Shown: piece after piece, positions 28,471 through 36,204 of the stretch
Layout of the letters: each line of letters begins with the position of its first letter
Position numbering within the stretch: position 1 is the stretch's first letter
IMG/VR virus record: IMGVR_UViG_3300034082_004296
Coordinates: 32,001-96,000 of that record
Source: a virus
Reading direction: 5' to 3' (one strand)
DNA length: 64,000 nt
Made by a program: the position numbers and the translations under genes
Notes under the pieces: generated by a model
Told to the model about the DNA's origin: nothing
Seen by the model: the letters and a program-made list of their open reading frames with translations, nothing else
The model's database searches: none

Positions 28471-28471
28471 T

Positions 28472-28900
28472 TTAGATCTCAGTAGTATGATTAAATTTAT
28501 CTAGTTTTTCCTGTATCAATTCGATCTTGTTTTCGATCTCATCAATCTTGGCATCTTGCCATAGGATATCAAGCTCAGCATTCATCACAGTTGTGACGTT
28601 TTCGTATCTTTCTCTCCAAGTACCATTAGCAGTACTTACGGATCTTACTCTTTGTACCAGAGCTTTTAATTCAGAAAGCTCAAAAACTAGTGATCTAATT
28701 GGTTCAGAAGCAGTGTGGATTCGGGTCTTTAATTCGACTAAGTTAGCCAATTCGTTCTCAGCTTGTAAATAGAGATCTTTAGTACTATATGGTCTCTCTG
28801 CTCCCTCTTGAACAGAGTTATAACGATGGATCTTTTCCCAAATCTTCTGGATTCCAGCGATCTTTTTATTCTTTTCCTTTAGAGCTTGTGCGATTGTCAT
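28472..28900 (-). CDS. DIP1984-like coiled-coil protein
   Basis: MTIAQALKEKNK...NSVQEG..RP...LVELKTRIH..,..IQEKLDKFNHTTEI resembles the recalled family pattern MKLAEAL..QEG..P..N. Confidence 0.65.
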   Translation of the reverse strand: MTIAQALKEKNKKIAGIQKIWEKIHRYNSVQEGAERPYSTKDLYLQAENELANLVELKTRIHTASEPIRSLVFELSELKALVQRVRSVSTANGTWRERYENVTTVMNAELDILWQDAKIDEIENKIELIQEKLDKFNHTTEI

Positions 28901-29159
28901 AATTATTATTTTTTTGTTTTTTAGTTACTCGTCGTCGATACTTCCTTAAATCATTAACTAGAATAACTTTAGGTGCAGTACCATTATAGATAGGATCATT
29001 TTGCCAAGTAGTATAGATTAGTCTACCCATTTGATCGTTAATGATATAAATAGTAGAACGATCAGCTGTTGCAACAACATACTCATTAGAAATAGGCTCT
29101 TGTAAAAAGCTTAAGTTAACACAGGCTGTCAGAAAAAGGATTAATATAATTGTTTTCAT
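28866..29159 (-). CDS. Hypothetical exported protein or lipoprotein
   Basis: MKTIILILFLTAC signal/lipobox-like N-terminus. Confidence 0.6.
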   Translation of the reverse strand: MKTIILILFLTACVNLSFLQEPISNEYVVATADRSTIYIINDQMGRLIYTTWQNDPIYNGTAPKVILVNDLRKYRRRVTKKQKNNNYDNRTSSKGKE

Positions 29160-29165
29160 GATTAA

Positions 29166-29396
29166 TTATACTATTACTTCAGGGTAAGGTTTCCATTCTA
29201 CCTCTTCTTCGTTCCTTCTGAAGGCAAGAAGTATCTCGCCAGACTCATCTTTACCGATAGCCACAAATCCATACCCTTCACAGATATGTGGAAGATAGAA
29301 ACCATTTTCAATCTTGGAGGCTATTTCTAAGATATCAAAGTCCCATCCAAACTCAGGATCTTTGTGTTCACAATATTGTTTTGAAAACTCTGCCAT
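29166..29396 (-). CDS. Hypothetical protein
   Basis: 76-aa ORF in the operon. Confidence 0.7.
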   Translation of the reverse strand: MAEFSKQYCEHKDPEFGWDFDILEIASKIENGFYLPHICEGYGFVAIGKDESGEILLAFRRNEEEVEWKPYPEVIV

Positions 29397-29420
29397 TCTA
29401 TTTAGATTTAATTAATAATC

Positions 29421-29463
29421 ATTAATAGTTAGTAATAATTATTAATAGTTAGTAATAATTATT
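29421..29463. repeat. Tandem 20-bp direct repeat
   Basis: ATTAATAGTTAGTAATAATT x2, with partial flanking copies, in an intergenic gap. Confidence 0.85.
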
Positions 29464-29587
29464 CTTTTGTATCAAGAAATTCCTCAAACCACAAAAAAAG
29501 AAGAATACCAGGTATAGTTAAAATAATTCCTGGAAGTATAAACAAAGCAATTATGGATCTGCCAACCACCGTCAAGTATTTTTTCAT
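29459..29587 (-). CDS. Small membrane protein (42 aa)
   Basis: My translation MKKYLTVVGRSIIALFILPGIILTIPGILLFLWFEEFLDTKE; ATGA overlap with the upstream stop. Confidence 0.6.
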   Translation of the reverse strand: MKKYLTVVGRSIIALFILPGIILTIPGILLFLWFEEFLDTKE

Positions 29588-29826
29588 TTTATTAGTTTTA
29601 CTCTTGTTACTTCACCCTTTCTATTTACTCGATACTTTATTTTAAACGTATCTACCATTATTGTATACTGTTCATTTAGATGAAGACAATTCCACTCACA
29701 GTTATCGTGGTGATATAGGTGAACGTGTATCTCGTCTAGTTTTTTACACTTTAGATATTGTACTCTTTGATGATTCCAATTAGAACAACTAGTTAGCAAT
29801 AAAAGTAATATTAATAGTCTCTTCAT
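29584..29826 (-). CDS. Putative lipoprotein
   Basis: MKRLLILLLLLTSC lipobox. Confidence 0.7.
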   Translation of the reverse strand: MKRLLILLLLLTSCSNWNHQRVQYLKCKKLDEIHVHLYHHDNCEWNCLHLNEQYTIMVDTFKIKYRVNRKGEVTRVKLIK

Positions 29827-29836
29827 AATATAGATC

Positions 29837-31204
29837 TTAGCTATTATACTCTTTTTGAAGTGCTTTTTTCAATTCTTGTAAATCTTCTCGATACATGTTC
29901 AGAGGCTCCTTCTTCTTAATCTCTTCAAGTTCCCTCTCTTTTTGAAACTCAGCACTTATTAAGTCTTCATATGTTTCCTTAGTAAGTGAATGAATCGGCA
30001 TCCCTAATAGGTATTGATATGATCCATTTATCTCATCAAAGTTATCTGTCTCCAAGTAGAGAATTATCTCTTTTCTAGGAACATTATTGATCTTTAACTT
30101 ACCCTCAATTATGGCTTTTACGAAACGTGCTCTATTTGAGAGTAGAGCGAGTTCTTGATTTAGAGTATCAATAATAAATTGCTTTCTCTTTTCATAAAAA
30201 GTGAGCCTAAATTGAACGAAATATTCAATAATCTCACTGGCTGAATTAAAGATTTTTAATTTACCGTGTTCGTCCAATACTGTAAAGTTCTCAGTCTGGC
30301 GTTCTTCCATCTTTAGGAGTCTCTTTAATCTTACTGAGTCACCTAACATCTTAAGATCTTCTCGTCTAAACTTAAGAACATAATTGATGTTAGACTTGCA
30401 GTTATTTTCGTAACTTGCAATTCTTCGGGAATCTTCAAGATCGATTAAGTGCTGGTCGAATTTTTCATAAGTAACAGAAGGAGGAAGCTCTGTAATATTC
30501 ACAGTCGTGGTATTTTTTACTTCATACTTTCCACTAAATATCCATGAAAACTTTTCGGGGTCTATTAGTTCGCAACCTCCAATAAACTCTCTGTTCCATG
30601 GAGTAGGTTCAGCATATTTTTTACCCTCTAGAGATTTTAAACAGGCATCGATTAGGCTAATTGGATTGCGATTTAATATATTTGTTGCGAAGCCTACTGC
30701 AATCCCGCTACCGCCATTCAGGAGGACAGTTGGGATAATAGGTAAGAAATATTTAGGTTCGATCTCATTGCCTTCCTCGTATCGAGATTCTAATAATTCA
30801 AAATCTTTATATAGGAGTCTAAAGTTCTTATGTAACTTGGTTGCTATATAACGAGGAGCGGCTGCTTCTGGCGAACGTAAGGATCCAAACTGACCAATAT
30901 CTTCTAATACTGGCATTGAGTTCTTAAACCTTTGTGCCATGCCAATAATTGCTGAATTAAGAGAGCCGTCTCCATGGTGATAAAAAGCGTCTGCCGCCAC
31001 CCGACCGGCTAATTGAAAGATCTTCATTGGTTTTTCTGAACCGTTCTTCCATACTTTATTTGCAACAAAGATTACTTTGCGTTGAGTTGGCTTGAATCCA
31101 TCGATCACTGATGGAATTGCCCGCTCTTCAACGACATATACTGCATACTCCTTATAGTCGTTATCTAAATAGTCGGTTACTGTCTTTATTTCTGGCTTTC
31201 GCAT
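29837..31204 (-). CDS. DNA topoisomerase II, GyrA/ParC-like subunit (gp52)
   Basis: RAIPSVIDGFKPTQRK, YHHGD, AAPRY (catalytic Tyr), GIAVGFAT. Confidence 0.96.
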   Translation of the reverse strand: MRKPEIKTVTDYLDNDYKEYAVYVVEERAIPSVIDGFKPTQRKVIFVANKVWKNGSEKPMKIFQLAGRVAADAFYHHGDGSLNSAIIGMAQRFKNSMPVLEDIGQFGSLRSPEAAAPRYIATKLHKNFRLLYKDFELLESRYEEGNEIEPKYFLPIIPTVLLNGGSGIAVGFATNILNRNPISLIDACLKSLEGKKYAEPTPWNREFIGGCELIDPEKFSWIFSGKYEVKNTTTVNITELPPSVTYEKFDQHLIDLEDSRRIASYENNCKSNINYVLKFRREDLKMLGDSVRLKRLLKMEERQTENFTVLDEHGKLKIFNSASEIIEYFVQFRLTFYEKRKQFIIDTLNQELALLSNRARFVKAIIEGKLKINNVPRKEIILYLETDNFDEINGSYQYLLGMPIHSLTKETYEDLISAEFQKERELEEIKKKEPLNMYREDLQELKKALQKEYNS

Positions 31205-31527
31205 TTAAAATAATTGTTTTCTATAAGATACTCATAAAGACCTTCAAGATCTTTACATATTTCCACTTGTTCACCATCATTGATCTTAGAATATGCATTC
31301 ATTTCTGGATTTCCTACACCGTCTTGTAAATAGTTTTTCTCATACATAAACCAATTAAACCAGTCTAATCCTTCAGCTGTTAAGATTTCTCCCCAAAGAT
31401 ACTCGATTACGACATGGTAGCCTTCAGTAAACTCTATTAAATCGACTCCCTGTTCATAGGATTTATCAATCCGTGATGAGTTTTGGACCATCTGGTCAGT
31501 GATAAATTTAAAGTGTTCAAATGTCAT
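31186..31527 (-). CDS. Hypothetical protein
   Basis: 113-aa ORF, EGLDWFNWFMYE; upstream AAAACT-N16-TAAAAG. Confidence 0.7.
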   Translation of the reverse strand: MTFEHFKFITDQMVQNSSRIDKSYEQGVDLIEFTEGYHVVIEYLWGEILTAEGLDWFNWFMYEKNYLQDGVGNPEMNAYSKINDGEQVEICKDLEGLYEYLIENNYFKCESQK

Positions 31528-31558
31528 AAGTTGGGATTTTCTTATCTTTTACTTGGGC

Positions 31559-31669
31559 CTAAACTAAAGTTTTGATTGCCCATGAAATGAGACCTATTAT
31601 GGATCCCATTATAATCATCCAAATAAAGACAAACTTAGGCCTTCTTTCAAACTCGTTGTAGTATTTCAT
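31559..31669 (-). CDS. Small membrane protein (36 aa)
   Basis: My translation MKYYNEFERRPKFVFIWMIIMGSIIGLISWAIKTLV fills the gap after the topoisomerase gene. Confidence 0.5.
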   Translation of the reverse strand: MKYYNEFERRPKFVFIWMIIMGSIIGLISWAIKTLV

Positions 31670-31675
31670 TAGTTA

Positions 31676-33538
31676 TTAGTTATTTCCAAGGATTCTGTCC
31701 TTTCGTGGTTGAGAATCCTTACCAAACCATGACTCAAGTGAGTCTCGATAGTCTTTATCGTTCTTGATTTGCACAAGATAAGGATTTTTGATTATTTCTT
31801 CGTATTCGGCGTCCTCGAGGGCTCCCAATCCCTTTTTGTATTCGATTTCCCAAGAAGAGGTCTTATTCTTCCTCAGCCAGGCATCAAACTCTTCATTTGT
31901 GTAAAAATTAAGTGAGTCTTTGCCTTTTTTAGCGACAACTAGTGGAGTCATTACCTTGTATACCCTACCTTGGTCAAAAAGTTCGGGCCAAAAGCGATTA
32001 AAAAAGTTAATTAAGGTTGCTGCAATGTGACTACCGTCAGGATCGGCGTCAGTATAGATATAGATGCGACCGTAGCGTAGTCCTTTAGGTTCTTCGCCTA
32101 ATTTTAGTCCCAGGGAGGCCATTAACTGCACGGCTTCGTCATTTTTAGCGATTTCAGAGGGTTTCATCTCACTTACATTGATAAATTTACCCTTTAGAGG
32201 AAATGCACCAATTATTTGAGTGTCTCTAAACTTACGAACTGCTGAAACTGCTGAAAGACCTTCATATATGCCTAGGATACATACTCCGCGGTCACCTTTG
32301 CGTTGTGCATCGATCAATTTAGGTATTTTTGTCTTATCTAGGTCCTTATTTAGCTTTCTGAGCTCAGCTCTCTCTTGAGCAAGGGCTTTTTTCTCTATCC
32401 AATCTAGGACCGACTGTATTATTTCAGACTTAAAGACTAGTTTTGCTAACTTATCTGTCACTTCGTGCTTAGTTCCGAAATCTTTGACCTCAGTGATCAG
32501 TTTTTCCTTAGTTTGTGAGCTAAAGAATGAATTTACAATAGTCGAATCGATAAAAACGTATATGTGATTGCGGATATCGCTTGGCTTGACGTCGACTTTG
32601 TGTTTTTTCTTGATCATCTCTCTTAATTGAGCGATTAATTGATTAGTAATGTACTCTACGTGAGTTCCGCCATCTTTAGTATGTACTGAATTGACAAAAC
32701 TTACGTTTTGAAAGCCATTTTCAGACTTTGCAAAGCCTATTTTCCAATCTTTGGTCTCTTCAAAAAAGTATTCTTGAGCATAGAGCTGGATATATTCCTC
32801 AAAGCTCTTAAATTTAAGAACAAAATCCTCTTTTTTACCGTCCTTGACCTTAGTTAGCTTCAAGGTAAGCTTGTTATTACATGCAACTAGGTCCAAGCAA
32901 CGTTTAAAAAGTATCTGAAAAGACTTTTCGTCAATTAATCGCATCTTAAATCGTTCAAGGTCCGGAAAAAATGAGATTTCGGTGAATCCACGCTTGGCTG
33001 GGGTGATCTTTGCAGTAGTTCGTTTTCCCATATTGTCAGTAAAGACTTGGTCAAATCGGTTTTTACCATCACATGTGGAAATAGTGAACTTTTTGCTAAA
33101 TATATTAGTTAAAGTGGAACCAACACCATTTGTTCCGGCAACAGTACGCTGTTCTGAGTCATCAAAGTTGGATCCAGCCTTTAGATTTGAGAAAATCATT
33201 TCAGGAATCCATTCTTTATGGACTGGGTGTTTTTCTACTGGAATTCCGCCGTTATCCCATACTGAGATTTCAGTAGTGTCTAAATTAATCGTCACCCTAA
33301 TCTCATTCAGTTTAGGATTTCGACGATGTTCATCTACCGAATTTGAAACAATCTCATCAAATAATTTAATAAAGCCCGGATTATAGTGAACCTCTTCAAC
33401 CGTTACCTTCTCTCCATCATATAGATGTTGCTCTCCAGTATGGATAGCGACTGATCCAATATACATTGATGGTCTGAGCAAAACATGCTCAATGTCAGTC
33501 AGTTTTTGATATTTTGTTTCTATTGATTTTTTAGCCAT
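31676..33538 (-). CDS. DNA topoisomerase II, ATPase/TOPRIM subunit (unsplit gp39+gp60)
   Basis: EHVLLRP, EIVSNSVDE, GTNGVG, EGLSA, PLKGK, DADPDGSHI, YKKGLG. Confidence 0.96.
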   Translation of the reverse strand: MAKKSIETKYQKLTDIEHVLLRPSMYIGSVAIHTGEQHLYDGEKVTVEEVHYNPGFIKLFDEIVSNSVDEHRRNPKLNEIRVTINLDTTEISVWDNGGIPVEKHPVHKEWIPEMIFSNLKAGSNFDDSEQRTVAGTNGVGSTLTNIFSKKFTISTCDGKNRFDQVFTDNMGKRTTAKITPAKRGFTEISFFPDLERFKMRLIDEKSFQILFKRCLDLVACNNKLTLKLTKVKDGKKEDFVLKFKSFEEYIQLYAQEYFFEETKDWKIGFAKSENGFQNVSFVNSVHTKDGGTHVEYITNQLIAQLREMIKKKHKVDVKPSDIRNHIYVFIDSTIVNSFFSSQTKEKLITEVKDFGTKHEVTDKLAKLVFKSEIIQSVLDWIEKKALAQERAELRKLNKDLDKTKIPKLIDAQRKGDRGVCILGIYEGLSAVSAVRKFRDTQIIGAFPLKGKFINVSEMKPSEIAKNDEAVQLMASLGLKLGEEPKGLRYGRIYIYTDADPDGSHIAATLINFFNRFWPELFDQGRVYKVMTPLVVAKKGKDSLNFYTNEEFDAWLRKNKTSSWEIEYKKGLGALEDAEYEEIIKNPYLVQIKNDKDYRDSLESWFGKDSQPRKDRILGNN

Positions 33539-35130
33539 TATTTCTTTGCTAATTTTTTTACTTTTAGTGCGTCTAAAAAGTATTTAGGCACGTTTTTATT
33601 TTCTAGGATTTGGTCAAAACACTCGTCTAATATGTAGGTCTCTGCCCAATCGTCATCATTTCTTATTGATCTACCATATGCTTGTAAAAGGTCCACCAGG
33701 GTCTTCCAATTATACCACTCTGGTCGAGTTTCAAGTCTCTTCTTAATCTTTGTACTAACAAGATTAGGAAAAGGTACTTTTAGGATTACTTGAAAACGAG
33801 AAAGTTCGTCTTTTAGATCGACTCCATTAATCATCGATGGTGAGACTAGGACAGTTTCTATTTTTGAAGTAAGGTGATCCTCTAGTGACTTTTCTCTAGT
33901 TATTGAATCATGGAATATTAAACGAACATCTTGAATAGAGTTTTGAATCCACTTACTAAACTCATAATTCGCTGTGTGGATAATACCCTTATGTTCGTGG
34001 TTCTTTTCTAGGATCTTACCAATTATTGGTACTGCTCTAGCAAAAGTCTCCTTCTTATTATAATAGGACATTTTACCGAATCTTACGTAGATTACAGGTC
34101 GAGCTTCAGCTTTAAATGGACAAGGTAATGCAAGATAGGTTGACTCATGGTCCTCAACTCCCATAATAAATGAAAATAACTCTCGATCAAGTAGTGTACC
34201 TGACATTAGGATCACATGGTCATACTGGTCCCAAAATAACTCTTTAAGATAGAGATTTCCCCAAATGGGTTCAACTAAGATTCGGGTCTTGCCATACTGG
34301 TCTAGGTCCTTTTCAAAAGTCCAATTAGTCTTGTAGTTTTCTCGATCGTTGACGAATCTGTTGTATTTACACATTGACTTATCGACGTGATCGGCTTTCT
34401 TAATTAGATCAATCTTTTTTTTCTTAGCTCGGGTTTCCTTAGCTTCCTCCAATAACTCATAGGCTTTTTGCTCAAGTAAGGGAACAAGTATATCTTTAGT
34501 CCAGTCTGAAAGTTCAGTCAAGCTTGAAATATTATCGAGGTCTCGTTCCATCCAATCTTGCCAGACATCTAATATCTTTAAACTGCGTTCAGAATAGGTA
34601 GAGAGGATAAAATCACAAAAGGTCTCCTCAAAAGCATGAGCCTCATCAATTATAAGAAGTTTAGAATTACGCTCAGCCATCATCTCTGGAGAATACATTG
34701 AGTATGCTGTCACTAGATGAAAATTGGCTAGACTTACTGGGCTCTTTAAAAACTTTGATTGTGCGATCTTATGAGGACAGATAGTACAACGCTTTTCATT
34801 TGCTTTATTTATGACTTGAGCATCACCGCAACCCATACCTTGAGTACGACACCAGTAATTGTTCTTGCCCTTAAGATTGGCTGCAAAACCAAAGTCTTTT
34901 ACGTATTGATCTTGTAGGATTTTAGTATTGGTAATAATATCAGTTTTGGCCTTTTTTGAGTGTTCACCTCGATACCACTCAGCAATCATGATCGCGGCAT
35001 ATGATTTTCCAACTCCAGTGGGAGCATCCACCATGATAAATTTCTTTCCATCCTTAATAGAAGACTTTACAAAGTCCAGTATTTGGACCTGTTGAGGTCT
35101 TGGTGAAAACTCAAGAGGGATATCGCTCAT
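33538..35130 (-). CDS. DinG/XPD-like SF2 helicase
   Basis: PRPQQ, APTGVGKS, Cys cluster, DEAH, MSGT, GVDL, QAYGRSIR..DD. Confidence 0.88.
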   Translation of the reverse strand: MSDIPLEFSPRPQQVQILDFVKSSIKDGKKFIMVDAPTGVGKSYAAIMIAEWYRGEHSKKAKTDIITNTKILQDQYVKDFGFAANLKGKNNYWCRTQGMGCGDAQVINKANEKRCTICPHKIAQSKFLKSPVSLANFHLVTAYSMYSPEMMAERNSKLLIIDEAHAFEETFCDFILSTYSERSLKILDVWQDWMERDLDNISSLTELSDWTKDILVPLLEQKAYELLEEAKETRAKKKKIDLIKKADHVDKSMCKYNRFVNDRENYKTNWTFEKDLDQYGKTRILVEPIWGNLYLKELFWDQYDHVILMSGTLLDRELFSFIMGVEDHESTYLALPCPFKAEARPVIYVRFGKMSYYNKKETFARAVPIIGKILEKNHEHKGIIHTANYEFSKWIQNSIQDVRLIFHDSITREKSLEDHLTSKIETVLVSPSMINGVDLKDELSRFQVILKVPFPNLVSTKIKKRLETRPEWYNWKTLVDLLQAYGRSIRNDDDWAETYILDECFDQILENKNVPKYFLDALKVKKLAKK

Positions 35131-35309
35131 GTAGTAGTTTCTAGTTTTATTATTATCTTTTTAATGTCCTGATGAATCTCCCTTATTTCTAAGGCAAGTT
35201 CATTGTTAGAATCAGCCTTTTCCATGGAGGAGGAAACCCGTCGACAACACTCTCTAATTATCGCAAGTTCACGTTTTGAAAGCTTGGGGCCAAGTAGTTT
35301 TCTTAACAT
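35127..35309 (-). CDS. Hypothetical protein
   Basis: 60-aa ORF; TATAAATA upstream on the - strand (35317-35324). Confidence 0.55.
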   Translation of the reverse strand: MLRKLLGPKLSKRELAIIRECCRRVSSSMEKADSNNELALEIREIHQDIKKIIIKLETTT

Positions 35310-35342
35310 CTTTCGTTATTTATACAATTCTATTAATAAAAC

Positions 35343-36143
35343 TCAAAATTGCTCACTGGTTTCAATTTGGATAGGATGATACCACATTCTGCGACCGTTC
35401 TTGTCGGTAAACCAGTGGCCCTTGCCATAACACTTCATCCACTCATCAAAACCGCTAGGTTGGATATCAAATGGATTTTCCCAATCCTTTAATTGACCTC
35501 CTCCAAGAAAGTATGCCTCTCGAGGAAGCCGTTCGCATAGGTCTAGGATAGATGGGTTCATAGTGATTGCGGTACGAGCATCCACAAAAGGATCCTGTGC
35601 TGCATGGAAAACTATCTCAGCTCTAAGATAGTTGCCAATTCCGTTAAAGTATTGCTGGTTCATGAGCACCAGGTGAATCGGCTTATTAAATTCCTTCTTG
35701 CCTAGGTTAGCGAAGATATTCTCCCTAAAAAGCCTAGATTCATGTACTGGACACGGCCCTCTATTTTGGGACCAATCAGTAGCAACATTCCACCTAGCAA
35801 ATCGACGAGTGTCAACCAAGCATAGACTATGCTGATCAACAGTATTGAATTTCATGTGAGTATGTTTTGGTACAGCATCACGGTGACATAGCGCCCAGTG
35901 ACCAGACATGCCCATCGAGCAGCTGATCTTCATAAAGACCTCACCTCCTTGAATTAGGGAGAGCATGAGCTCCTTGCCTCGAGATTCAGCAGTAATACTG
36001 AATATCTGAAGGTCAGTCGGCTGGACTATACCTAGTTTTCGATTCATGGCACTTTCTGAAAAGGAGATTGATGTAAAATTCCTTTCTCTGCAGGCTAGAT
36101 TTATGAAATCCGCCATTATTTTTATCTCTGCAAGTTCTGGCAT
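35343..36143 (-). CDS. nei: Fpg/Nei-family DNA glycosylase/AP lyase, NEIL1-like
   Basis: MPELAE catalytic N-terminus, RGKEL, GMSG, D.RRF, H2TH FNGIGNYLRAEI, zincless finger DKNGRRMWY. Confidence 0.93.
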   Translation of the reverse strand: MPELAEIKIMADFINLACRERNFTSISFSESAMNRKLGIVQPTDLQIFSITAESRGKELMLSLIQGGEVFMKISCSMGMSGHWALCHRDAVPKHTHMKFNTVDQHSLCLVDTRRFARWNVATDWSQNRGPCPVHESRLFRENIFANLGKKEFNKPIHLVLMNQQYFNGIGNYLRAEIVFHAAQDPFVDARTAITMNPSILDLCERLPREAYFLGGGQLKDWENPFDIQPSGFDEWMKCYGKGHWFTDKNGRRMWYHPIQIETSEQF

Positions 36144-36204
36144 ATCATTAAGATACTAAAAAAAAATTGACATATTAAAATAAATAACTAAAAAAGTATC
36201 TAAC

